From assembly GCA_021613535.1 (NCBI GenBank), contig CP075496.1:4154001-4218000 (forward strand): a stretch of DNA of 64,000 nt, given 5' to 3'. Below the pieces are notes generated by a model. It searched no databases and was not told where the DNA came from. It saw nothing but the letters and a program-made list of their open reading frames with translations. The position numbers were made by a program, and so were the translations under genes. Numbering within the stretch: the stretch's first letter is position 1; every line of letters starts with the position of its first letter. The DNA comes from Adineta vaga. Lineage: Eukaryota > Animalia > Rotifera. Of the stretch, positions 13,869 to 25,806 are shown one piece after another.

Positions 13869-14773
13869 AATCTTCTATTGTTTAGAAAAAGAAGACATCA
13901 AATTATGTCTCTTCTTACATAGAGTTAAAATCGTACTAAATACAGAACATAACAATAGTTCTAATTGAAAGTGCATCAATGTTGTTCTTCATAAATCGTT
14001 ACGCACCTTTATTTTCTTTCTTCCTTTTTTATGTTCAATGTATTAAACTTGTTATGAAGGAAAAAATACATAAAAATCAACAAGTATAAGAATTGTTTGA
14101 ATGATATTTTTGGGCCCAAACAAACAAAGTTTCAGTAGGATGAACAATGATTCGTTTTCGAAGTTCGTTGCGATATATTTAGAAGTATATTTGATTTTTT
14201 TTTCTTGACAATTCTATGCATAGATATATAATATCGATAAAAAATAGTATTTATTTTTCTTTTTAATAATCAGGTATAAATTCCACTTAATATACAAAAG
14301 CAAAAAAATAGGAGAATCTTTCATAAAATAATAACTATATCTATGAATAAAACATACACCGAAATTCAATAAAAAGAAACTGCTTTAGAAACCACCGATT
14401 TATTAATTAAACACTATTTTTTCATAGAAAACGCAATTCAAATCAATCTCAAATCAAAAAATATTTCTATGTATTTTATTTGTTTAACTGAATTTTATCA
14501 TTCAACTACTCGAATAAAATTTCAATCTTTCTAATAAAATAAACAAAAATATTTTATTAAAAGATTGTTTTTAATCAAAAATTTTGATTCATTTTGGCTT
14601 TAGTTCATTCTTTTACTACATGCTAATATAAACTTTTCTGTTATTTAGTATTCATTCAAAACTATCTAAGATTTACTTATAATTTAATCATTCATTATTC
14701 AAATATATCGAACATATGAAATGATTAATTGAATGAATAATAGTAAAAGAATAAATGAATTTTTGAAATAATC

Positions 14774-16093
14774 TCATTTAAGTTTAGTAGATTGTTTTGC
14801 ATAATGTTCTTTAATCGCTTCAATTCCTCCCAAAATGATTACGAATTGATCGTCGACAGTTTCAATTTTCTTATCACGATCAATCTGCATTGATGGCGGT
14901 AATGTTTGTCGACGAAGGATCGGTTTAGGATATGTAGTTTGAGGAAGAGGTGAGATATTATGACCAGTATCTTGTTGATGTTGATTTAAAATTTCGAGTT
15001 TCGAGAAAAAACGATTACATTGATGACATCGATAATCTAATATGTAGTGCTTTTTATCCTTTTGATGTTGTATTTGAGAAATTTCTATGAAAAATTTGTC
15101 TTCACATACTGGACAAGAAAATAAATGTTTTTTTGCTGATTGATGTTGTTGTAAACTTTGAATAGTTTCGAAATCATTTGGACATTTTGGACATTGATAT
15201 TTTTTTATATCTTGATTATTTCCTTGTAATAGTGGTTGTGGTGGTGGTTGAGATCTCATAGGAATATGTGGCGATGGATCTCGTCGACGTAAACTTCGAT
15301 TACGACTAGAATGACGCATTCGATTATTCATTTGAGGAGTACGTGATGCTCGATCATTGGCATTTGATTCATAATCATTTACTTTTCTCATCGGTTGCTG
15401 TAATAATGGTAAAGTAAATAATTCCCATTGGTAATGTTCATGTACAGTTGCTTTGAGTTCTTCTTTCGCTGGCTTATTATGTATTAAAATAACACGAAAA
15501 CCAGCTTGATGTCGAAGGCCACTTAATATTCCAACATAATCAATATCACCAGATATTAAAACAATAGTAGCTGGCGGATGATGAATACGTTCGAAACGAA
15601 CTAAATCAAGCATGATTTGTCGATCAGCTGCATTTGATTTTCGATCAGGTACATGAACAATACGAACATTTGCGTGAGATAAATTTACAAGATTTGCTTC
15701 GGAGATTGTTGCACTATTACAATAACAAGAAAAATCAGCTTCTTGTAAACCAGGTTTAATAACGAGTTTTTCTCGGATACGTTGAACAATATCAAAAGGT
15801 TTTTGTCCTTTAGGTATTGGAATATTTTCAATATCCCAAAAGAAACTTACGAAATGTCTTGGTTGTGATTTAGACTGTTCTGGTTGAGAAATTGTTGCTG
15901 GATGTCGATAAAGACAAGCAACATCACGACAAGTTTTTGGCCATTTAGTACAAGTATTTATTTGATTAATAGCATTACGACAATGTCGAAAGCGACAAGT
16001 ATCATTCAATTTGCAGTGACCATTGAGAAAAAATATACAATCAGTTAGATATTTGAGATCAGATTGAGAATGATTACTCATGGCCATAGCCAT
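14774..16093 (-). CDS. CCCH zinc finger + NYN (PIN-like) RNase domain + 3 C2H2 zinc finger protein; single coding exon
   Basis: N-terminal CIFFLNGHCKLNDTCRFRH and CTKWPKTCRDVACLYRH. NYN motifs FFWDIEN, KSNAADRQI, IVLISGDIDY. C-terminal CPKC/CPVC/CHQC..H..H fingers. Confidence 0.85.
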   Translation of the reverse strand: MAMAMSNHSQSDLKYLTDCIFFLNGHCKLNDTCRFRHCRNAINQINTCTKWPKTCRDVACLYRHPATISQPEQSKSQPRHFVSFFWDIENIPIPKGQKPFDIVQRIREKLVIKPGLQEADFSCYCNSATISEANLVNLSHANVRIVHVPDRKSNAADRQIMLDLVRFERIHHPPATIVLISGDIDYVGILSGLRHQAGFRVILIHNKPAKEELKATVHEHYQWELFTLPLLQQPMRKVNDYESNANDRASRTPQMNNRMRHSSRNRSLRRRDPSPHIPMRSQPPPQPLLQGNNQDIKKYQCPKCPNDFETIQSLQQHQSAKKHLFSCPVCEDKFFIEISQIQHQKDKKHYILDYRCHQCNRFFSKLEILNQHQQDTGHNISPLPQTTYPKPILRRQTLPPSMQIDRDKKIETVDDQFVIILGGIEAIKEHYAKQSTKLK

Positions 16094-17219
16094 GGGTGAA
16101 GAGTAATCTAAAAATAAAGAAAAGTTTTTGCTTATTTTACTATTTAAAGTTATATGAAACGGATATCGATGTTAAATTTAAATAAAATTTCAACAAAATT
16201 TATGCATATGACTACAGTATTTGTTGTTTCTAAATTGAAAACGTAGTTAGTTTAAAAACAGCAACGACGTCGGAAGAAAAAGAAAAATGTGAGTTTAAAG
16301 TGTGGAGAAAAGACAAGAAAAAAAAAAGTAAATGAAAAAACAACGGGTGTTTTTGTATGCTGAAGGTGTATTTAGTAAAATGCAACGTGAAGTCTTTGCC
16401 AAAGAATTGACGATATTTTTTTACTTTTCTCACCATAATTCTAATATATATATTAGAAGTTGAAAATACTTACGCTTGCTCTGTTGTTAACAATCAGTAA
16501 AATGTCTTTAATTTATAAAGATGTGTAGAATTTTTTTATTTTTGAGAATGACAATGAAATAGTAAAACTCTTGACATTTTATCTTTTTGCTACTTTTTAT
16601 TTCGCTGAAACATTGGCACCATATTGTCAAAATTTCAACAAATAATACTACACTTGAGAAATACTACTGAAATCATTCCGAGAAAGAAAATGTGAACCAG
16701 CTGGTTGAAAAAGAACATCTGATATTATATGAAATATTAACATTTATCGTCTTGGATTTAATTCAATTACTTTATTGACGACAAGTCGAATACAATTTGA
16801 TGTATGAATAAAATGTCAATTAGTTTAGAATCTTTAAATAAATCTGTCATATGTATCACTACTGAAGAACTACGAACAGGTAGCAAGATATATGTAAAAA
16901 TCCAATTCATATTGTATATTTCGTTAATCTATAACATGAAATTATGAAAGTTATGTACAAAGCATGATGACTCATTCATCATGTCGACGTGTACATCAAC
17001 GTGTCATTTCTTTGAATCAAGTTCTTATCTATAAATACTTATTTACAGAGTGAAAATGCATTTTCATATTCAAGAATTGATCAATTATGTTAATGTAATT
17101 CACTAAGATTTACTACTAAACATTCTATCTTCTCAAAAGAAACATTACATCGTTAGAATTATCATAAAATATCTTTTATTGACATCTCTTAGATCAAATG
17201 AAACAACGTTCATATTAAG

Positions 17220-17777
17220 ATGGGTCGACGAAAACGTAAAAATATACTCTGCAGCATATGTGAAACATCATCGAAATTTTCATCTAAACACATACCTCGT
17301 TGTTCTGAATGTCTTGTGATACGTTCACCTTCCATATGTGATTCATGTTTTACTAAACACATTATCAATACGATCTCACAAGATATTACTAGTCGAGTAA
17401 TTTGTCCAGAACAGAAATGTACTGCTAAACTAACAACACATATTATTCAAGTGGCACTTCGAAGTGTTGGTCAGGATTATTTATGGGAAAATTATGTATC
17501 GAGATCGAACTGGCGCGGTACAAGTGAAGGATGGGTTAAGCAATTCTCCAAGCAGTGCCCTGGTTGTCGAGCACCTATTGAAAAAATGGGAGGTTGTGAT
17601 CATATGTATTGTACTCGATGTTTTTTACGTTTTAGTTGGCAACAGGCAGATCTCTGGAACCAAAGTATAATTCCAATATGGTTTAGAATTCATAAATATA
17701 TGATAGCAAAATTATTTTTCATATGTATGATTCTATTATTTATATGTTTCGTTATAAAAATTTATTTTATTAAATAA
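17220..17777 (+). CDS. Short RBR-type E3 ubiquitin ligase (RING1 + Rcat, C-terminal TM), intronless
   Basis: RING1-like CSIC..CSEC..CDSC..CPEQKC; Rcat CPGCRAPIEKMGGCDHMYCTRC..FSW; hydrophobic C-terminal tail. Confidence 0.75.
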   Translation: MGRRKRKNILCSICETSSKFSSKHIPRCSECLVIRSPSICDSCFTKHIINTISQDITSRVICPEQKCTAKLTTHIIQVALRSVGQDYLWENYVSRSNWRGTSEGWVKQFSKQCPGCRAPIEKMGGCDHMYCTRCFLRFSWQQADLWNQSIIPIWFRIHKYMIAKLFFICMILLFICFVIKIYFIK

Positions 17778-17976
17778 AATAGTTTTTATATGAATAAATT
17801 GAAATTAGTTTTCTTCTCAATGTAGAACTTTTGTTTCATAATAAATCTTCATAGTTTGTTTATCGATCAAAGAGATGTGTACATCGAGATGAATAACCAT
17901 GAATTTAATTTATATCAATTGTCCTAACTGAAGTTCGATCTTTTTTCCATTGACACACATTAGTACTCTTCAAACA

Positions 17977-18001
<25 letters not shown>
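17977..18001. repeat. (AT)n microsatellite
   Basis: Tandem at dinucleotides seen directly. Confidence 0.9.
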
Positions 18002-18008
<7 letters not shown>

Positions 18009-18269
18009 AATTGTGTTCATTATGTTCGGTTACCATGACTGAGTGCTTTTTTGAACTTTTAGCTTGCCCTTGTTTCAAACGATATATGAGAAGAAGAGAG
18101 AGAATATACTTTTCTCTTTTCGAAATATTCATTGTTTGATTTTTTATTCGCTTTCGTTCTCTCGTTCGCATGCATCATTGATTTCCCATTTATATTAATT
18201 GACAAATGTATAACTTCTCAAACATTCATTTTTTCAAAATATCGTGACAGTCGAAGAATACGAGATAAC

Positions 18270-19233
18270 ATGTAAGTATAAGTTTTTTCTTTTTCTTCAA
18301 GTTATACAATTATTCTTATGATTTGATATTATATCTAGGAATCCATTTGGTGGAAACCCTTTTGCTGGTGCTTTTTCACCTCAATATCCAGGTGCTTTTC
18401 CTCAACAAGACTTTGGGCAATATGGTGGTGGTCCAGGCTTTTTTAATGGTGGTTCGCCATTCTCAGGTGGAAGTGTCTTTTCAAATGGTTCTCCATTTCC
18501 TCCTCCTCCACCTCCAGCTGCTTATCCACTCCCTCCAGGTTTTCCTCCAGCATCTGCTTTTTCAGCAGCACCTATTGCAAGTCAATTTCCTCAGCCTCCA
18601 GCTTTTCCTCCTGCACATGCCTTTCCTGCACCTCCCGTAAGTGGCCAATATGCTCAACCTCCAGGCTTTCCTCCAGCACGTAATAACTACGGCTTTCAAC
18701 AAGCACCATACACGCCTGCATATCCTCCACCGACACAGCAGCAACAACATCAACAACACCAACAACAACACCAACAACACCAACAACACCACCAACAACA
18801 GCAACAACAACAACAACAACATCAGCATCAACAACAACACCATCAACAACATCATCAACAGCAACAACATCATCAACAGCAACATCATCAGCAACAACAA
18901 CATCATCAACAACAACAACAACAGCAACAACCTGCACCAGCACTACCACAGCCACCACTGCCTTTTGGTACTGCCCCATATGGTCAACCTCGATCCCAAT
19001 CACATCGTCGTCCATCAGAATCACGTCGTCGATCAACATCACATCGTCGTCGTCGATCTCCATCTCCATCAAGTTCAACCTCATCAGGTAGCACTTTCGA
19101 TCCTCGCAATCAAGGTCAAGCTTACAATGGTTTTAACAATCCTTATGTTAATGTTCAACCATATCCAAATATGGCTCCATTATCTGCACAAAATGGTTCA
19201 CCTATACTTCCTCCTCGTCCACCTATTTGGTAG
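18270..19233 (+). CDS. Pro/Gly/Gln/His-rich low-complexity (prion-like) protein, ~298 aa; ATG split by an intron
   Basis: AT(18270-18271)|gtaagt...atatctag|G(18339), then an open frame 18340-19233: MNPFGGNPFAGAFSPQYPG...polyQ/H...RSPSPSS...PPRPPIW*. Not present in the ORF track. Confidence 0.75.
18735..18930 (+). repeat. Coding CAA/CAC/CAT/CAG trinucleotide repeat (polyGln/His)
   Basis: About 65 consecutive CAN codons. Confidence 0.9.
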
Positions 19234-19263
19234 TTTTTCTTTTCTTTCATTTATTTTTTATTC

Positions 19264-20544
19264 TTATGACATAGACATTCCAGTAAATCTCCCTATAAAC
19301 AAAGGCACTTTGTTGTTAATATCACGTAAATAAAATAAAAAAGGTCGTGAAAATGACAATCGTACTGGATCTTCATGTAGAAACATTCCTGATCGAGAAA
19401 GCATTTGAACCACAGTAACAGCGGCTGCTTCCGTGCCAGCTTCATCAACATCAATGACAGCTTTATGTAAAATTTTCGATATAAATAAATCTCGTGTACG
19501 TGCTGAACTCATTAAACTAAAGTCAGCTTTATCAGCATCGAAAGGTAATTTAACATTATAAAATTGTTTGAAATATTGAACAAAATCTAATGATGATTCA
19601 ATACGAAATTTCGGTAATGCTAATTGGACACGTCTATTCGCATTGGTACCATTGTCAAGTATAGAAAAGATATTGGTTAACACTTTTGAATTACGTAAAA
19701 GTTTTCTTTCTAAAACACGTAATTCAATATCTTTATCTGGTAAAGCAAGTGTTAATACATAACGATTATTTCCTTTGTACGGTAAATTAATCCATTGTGA
19801 TTGATGTTTTTTATCATGATAATAAGGTAAATGCGATGTTGAATGCATTGTTTTTAATTCAACAAGACGACCAGTACTTAATGTAAAATTTTCATTCGAT
19901 GTTAGATCGACATCAAACGGTTTTGACCATGGTGCTTTGAAATGTAGAGCATTGACAAGCATTAAACTTGTCATTGGATGAATATCTTTGGCTTTAAGAA
20001 TATTCTTAATAATATTATTTGTTTGATTTGATATCCATTGATTAATTTTCTCGGCTGATTTTTCTGCTTGACTAAAATCAATTAATTCTAATTGACTTTC
20101 ATAAAATTTCTCCAAATTCTTATTAAATTCATCATCTAAATCAAAATCGTCATCTGCATAGAGACGATTAGCAACATTCAATGAAATATTATATTGACGA
20201 TTATCTTTCGAGAGTTTTTTCACATTATTAAAAAAACTTGTCGACCATTCTCGATAGGCTTCTTTCGCTTGTAAATGTGTTATCTGTTGTAATTCAGTAA
20301 ATGTATTTCCATTGGCACCTTCGCCAACCATTAACATTGCTTGATAAAGACTTAATGGTGACCAAACAAGATTACGACGACCAACAACATCTGGTGATGA
20401 ATGATAACGAGTAAATCCAATAGTAAAATCCAAAATCGATTTTGATAGATCTTTTTCAGTAATTTTCGAATGAATTACATGATTAAGATGCAATAAGATG
20501 ATTGATAATAAAACTTGATAGAGAAGACTTTCGACACAACGCAT
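19264..20544 (-). CDS. Secreted inhibitory serpin, intronless; predicted P1-P1' Arg-Ser
   Basis: Signal peptide, NLVWSPLS, LVNALHFKAPW, hinge/RCL EAGTEAAAVTVVQMLSRS, FSRPFLF, PLFIGRF. Confidence 0.95.
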   Translation of the reverse strand: MRCVESLLYQVLLSIILLHLNHVIHSKITEKDLSKSILDFTIGFTRYHSSPDVVGRRNLVWSPLSLYQAMLMVGEGANGNTFTELQQITHLQAKEAYREWSTSFFNNVKKLSKDNRQYNISLNVANRLYADDDFDLDDEFNKNLEKFYESQLELIDFSQAEKSAEKINQWISNQTNNIIKNILKAKDIHPMTSLMLVNALHFKAPWSKPFDVDLTSNENFTLSTGRLVELKTMHSTSHLPYYHDKKHQSQWINLPYKGNNRYVLTLALPDKDIELRVLERKLLRNSKVLTNIFSILDNGTNANRRVQLALPKFRIESSLDFVQYFKQFYNVKLPFDADKADFSLMSSARTRDLFISKILHKAVIDVDEAGTEAAAVTVVQMLSRSGMFLHEDPVRLSFSRPFLFYLRDINNKVPLFIGRFTGMSMS

Positions 20545-22713
20545 GTTGAAGAGTTATAAAGAGCAAATGATGGCGATAACACAGTATACGTGTACATTTT
20601 TTCTATCGCTTTTTCTCTCTCTCTCTCTTTCCCCTACTTTTACATATTGACATAAGAAGATAGATCAAGTATTCTTCATTCTTTACTTACGTTTTTCTTC
20701 ATCATCTCATTCTTCTATTCTCTTTATATTAATCCATCACTCATAGAACAAGAGACAGACAGAGAGAAAAACGACGAAATAGAATGTATTTGTCTACATT
20801 CATTTGTATCAAGCAATCTTTCACAATAAAAAAAAAACGACGACGACAGTCATTTTCTTATCAATATGATGTTATCAATACAATGACTAAATGTACATGA
20901 ATAAGACACTTTCAATATCTATCCAGACATAGTAGACTTTGCAAACAACGAATGTACTAGAACATCTTTGATTATTTACTATCTTGTTCATTACAATATT
21001 AGAAATCAAATTCTATTTTAATATATTGTAAATAAAATAAAACTATGTAAATAAAAACATATTCTAAAAAAAGAAAAAGAAAAACATAATCAATTACATA
21101 GATAACATTGATATATCATGCATTAGATGCTATTTATTTTACATCATTCATACGTAATGTTTTGATATTATCGGAAATTATAAATATATGAAATACATAT
21201 TTGTTGGTTATTTCATATTTATTATGTATCACCTAACCATATAAAATCAATTATTTGATCATATAATTACGTATATTAATAGTAAATGAGAAGTATTCTA
21301 ATGCATTGTAATTATCTTTAATGATCAAAAAGATGCATTGCATTTGTTTTAGTAAAGACGTAATAATGCAATTAACAATTCATATTTAACTTCATTTAAA
21401 ACACAATGTTCTTCTTTCACATATTGATAAGTAAACTATCTTTTTGATTTTATCTAAATCAAAAAGAAATTATTTGTTTTGGTTTCGATATATAATTCAT
21501 CTTTTGCGTATTTCTTTGACGATCTATCAATCATGATAGAAAAAAGAAATGAAATCTAATCGTATCAATATAGTATAATTGAATTTCGATTAATTCTCAA
21601 GACTATGAAATTTGACTCGATACGGATCGTTTTTCCGAAAGAACAAATTAAGTTGAAACTATTCTTTCATCGTTGTATTCATCTACGATACTTTCTATTT
21701 AAAAAAAAAGTCTCATTGTAACAAGGTTTTTTCCTTCTAACAAACGAGTAAATAGCCTATGGAGACAATTTCAATGATTGTCTACATAAGAAAATATTGA
21801 CTAACTTAGATACGGAACATATATTCTAGGATAGAATTCAATATTATGAAAATATTGTCGAATTTATTCACATATCGTGAGAAAGATAATGAGGAAGTTG
21901 TTTTAAATGACAACATAATGAACCATAGTTTTGTTTTCGGAAGGTTAAAATTTCATGTAAATTGTCAAATTAACCTTCATACGTTGTATATAATTTCAGC
22001 TCGACCGATAAAGGAAGACTGTTTCAGTTGATAACCAAATTGATGAGAATATTTCATCAATAGTCTTGTTTTTCTCAATAGTCAAATGACATATATGAAG
22101 GTTTTGCGTAGCGCAATGAATATTTCAATATCACTCGACTTTCAAGGTTGAAAAGATGACGATAAATTGATTGCGAAATTCATATTGATATTCTATATCC
22201 CATTGTGAAAGCATTCAATAACTATAGATGAATGATTTTATAAGTAGAAAGATTTCATTAAACAAAAAAAAAATTGAACAAAAAACTATCTGTCAAGGTT
22301 TTCTTTTTTCTTATTAAGTTAAATGTTTTACATAACTAAGATAAAATGTATTCATACATTATTTAGGCTTTTTTACTGTTCTTCATCAGTGAGAGCACTC
22401 AAAATTGTATTACAGAAGAAAAACATTCATGCAATCTATCCTCTACTACTGAATAAAACAAAAAAGAAAAAAAAAAACTTCTCAATCATACACATATGCT
22501 AATCAAGTCTATTGAAGAGACAAGAATGAAAATGTTGCTGTTGCTTGCTTTTTTTGTGTGCGGTATTGCATAGAATATCAGGGTGAAGCAATCGAAAAGA
22601 ATTTTGGAATAAGATTAAAAGAAGAATATTTACAGTAAACATCTGTGAGATTGAGGATCATCATCGGTGAAGGAAAAGATCGTTTTGGACGGATGATAAA
22701 AGTAAAATTTGTT

Positions 22714-25700
22714 CTAATTTCCTAAACGAATCGATCGTTGACGTAAAAGAAAAATAAACAACGGGAGTAGAAGAACATTTTTTGAAACTAAAATAAAACT
22801 AAAATATTTCATAACCATTTCTCCAATAGGTTGTTGAATTCGTTTAATTAAATTTGTTGATGTCGATGATGTTAAAGGTGGTATCACAGTGATATTTGGT
22901 GGATGTATACATTCTGAACAACAATGTAGACATCTTGTTGAAGGTGTTGTTTTGTATAGAGCATAGATTAAATCATTTTCCGAATGGGATTTTGTTAAAT
23001 GAAATTTCGATGCTTTGAAAATTTTATTCGAATGATGTAACGAGTGATAGCCAGATGAACATAGAAATCTTGAATCTGTATGTGTAAGATCGTCGTCAAC
23101 ACTTGGTGATGTACCCATTGTTTTGTTATTAAAACGAATTGAATTTAAATCGGAAAATGTATCGAAATCTTCATTATCGGTATCATCGAGAGAAATACGG
23201 AAACCATTACTGGTCGTTATTGATCGATTAATACATGCCGGTTTTTGTTGACAGGAATTAAGAAATGCATGAATTTGAGAGTGATTATCTGGATTTAGTT
23301 GATTGGAACTTAGAAAAGAAAATCGATAGCTATTTTTACCAAAAAAAAATTTCTTACTCTTTCGATGTATCAGCACTAATCATTACGTAGGTCGTTGATT
23401 ATTTACTAGTACTAATGTATTCGGTTCTTCTTCTTCTTCTTCTTCTTCGTCTTCCTCTTCATTTTCGTCATCGTCATTTTCTTCGCTGGCAGAATTATAT
23501 CGTTCATTAGGCATTAATTGAGGTGAGGGGGATGATGATGACGACGATGGTATTAGATGATGAAGGTATGAAGATGATGAAACTTGTCTTTGATGATTGG
23601 TATTTACATTTAAATGTTTGGAAAGAGACGATGTCGAACCGTGAGCAATGGATGATGACATCGAATTTCGTCGAGAGTTTCTTACTATTTGTTTAACACA
23701 ATGGGCTAGAGCAGTTGGTTCAGTTCCACTACGTAATCGACCATCTTCAGTAAATAATTGTTGATACATCATTTCTATAAACATCAATGGATCTTCAACA
23801 TCAGGTAGATCCAATGAAACTGATTGCTGATTGTGTGATCGTGATGTTGTCGATCGTCGTGGTGAACCATCGGAACTTGTTGTGGTTAGACTCCGTCGTC
23901 GACTATAATGTGTTGCTGATGAAAAATCATCATCTGTTGGAATAATCATTGGTTTAGAAATAGATGTTGATGATGCATTAGCAGTTTCAGATAATTTCTG
24001 TTGACGAGAGTTAATAAAAACAGGTTTGTAATTAACTACAATAATATTTTTATTCTTTCGAGATTTATCTTTTTTATTATTTATTTGATTTTCAATTAAT
24101 GTCACTAATTCTTCAAGATTATTTGATGTTGATGGAAGAGTTTCATGCGAATTATTAGATGATGATGATGATGAATGAAGAAACACTCGTTTACGATGCT
24201 TAGTGGTTTGTTGACGAAGACGACGACGACGGTGAACAAAGACACGAACATTATCTTTTCGTTTGGGAATTGAATTTGATTGATGATTAGTTTGTCCATC
24301 GGCCATTACTGAGTTTAATTTACTCTAAAATAATAATAAGAATTCATTGATATTATTTGCGCAGAAATAGAAAGAAAGAAAAAGAGCCGAGAGAAAAGCA
24401 GGTGTTATGTACCTCTTGTTTTTGATGTTCTGCTGCTGTTGTTTGTATTGGAAAGCAAATTTTTTCTTTTGCTCCGCTTCTCTCGGCACACCTTAACTGC
24501 TCATGAGGATAAAATATGACGCTCGTGTCGATTCTAGGACGGTCGAGAGTTGGAAACTGAAATAAAGAAGCTTCTGCTGCTTCTGCTTTACTGGTTGATA
24601 ATGGTGATTTTTTGTTTCGTTCTTTCTTCCCTTTTTTTCTCTTCTCTTTTCTCTTCATACTCTCGGCTTTTCTTTTCAACCTTGTTTGTTTTCTACGTTG
24701 ACGTTGTAGAAGAGAGTCTGCTACGACTGCTACTGCTGTTCCTGCTGCTGCGGCTTCTGCGGCAGTTGATGATGATGATGATGATGATGAAGAACGGATG
24801 ACGTGCTCGTTGTTATCGTTAACAAGCACGTCGCGACGAAAATTGTCATTATTCTGTTTCCATTGCCTTGTTCTTTTACTGGAAATAATTGAAGTATTGT
24901 ATGTAGTTTTCAATGTTCTCTTATCATCATTATTATTACTTTCTTTGTTTTCTTTTGTTTGACAAAATGAGTTGCAAAGGCATGTGAAATTGTTTTGTGA
25001 TGACGGTGTTGATATCAAAGATAAACATGATGAATTACCTTTTTCCTTTCGTTTTTGTCGTTGTTGATGATGATGATGATGATGGCGACAGGTAAAAAGT
25101 GTGCGTGAGAATGATGAATGGTCGTCTTCGTCAGATGATGTCATTGAATAACAAGAACTTGTAAAAGATCTGTCGGTTTGTTCGCAAGTATTGTCATTAA
25201 TCGTTAAACATTCCTCGACATCGGATGAAACATATTCTAATGAAGATGAATTCAATGCATTTTTACGAGTTGAATGATACGTATTAGTTAAAGTAACAGG
25301 TGAAAATGAATGAGAATGAGACGCGATTGATACTGAGGGTGATATGACTAAAGGAGAAAAAATAAATAAATGAAAGAATAATAAAAACAAACATATGTAA
25401 ATAGAATCATCAATCGATATTCAAATTGAAGAATGAAAAAGAAATAAGTGACTACGTAAGATGAATATCTTGAAAATGATGATATCACAATATAATTCTA
25501 TCATTCTATATTGTTTTTTGATTTTTTAAGCTGTTTAAATCATCACATTATGACAATGAATACGTTGAATAGACTTCTTATTGACATAATACTCAATAGC
25601 TAAAGGCATAAGGTGAGAATATACGATTTCATCACATTTTTTTCTCTCTTTGTCGTGTTTTTTTAACCTACCTAGCGCTGTCTGTTGTTCAAAGATTCGA

Positions 25701-25773
25701 TGTAATGCATACATCTTAAGTGACATAGTTTAACGTAAAATAAACTGATCCCGCAGTCAGATATAAGCATGCG

Positions 25774-25806
<33 letters not shown>

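Noticed and set aside
16207-16222. 15/16-nt match TATGNCTACAGTATTT shared with ~44046, upstream of the NYN and GS1 genes
   Set aside because: Matches of this length are expected by chance in 64 kb of AT-rich DNA.
18562-19333. Poly-Leu, poly-Val and poly-Asn ORFs in the track
   Set aside because: These are alternative-frame and antisense shadows of the CAN repeat in the Gln/His frame.
21128-21400. Possible small spliced gene on the minus strand
   Set aside because: It has splice-like signals, but the frames contain stops and there is no recognisable protein. At best it is a decayed remnant.
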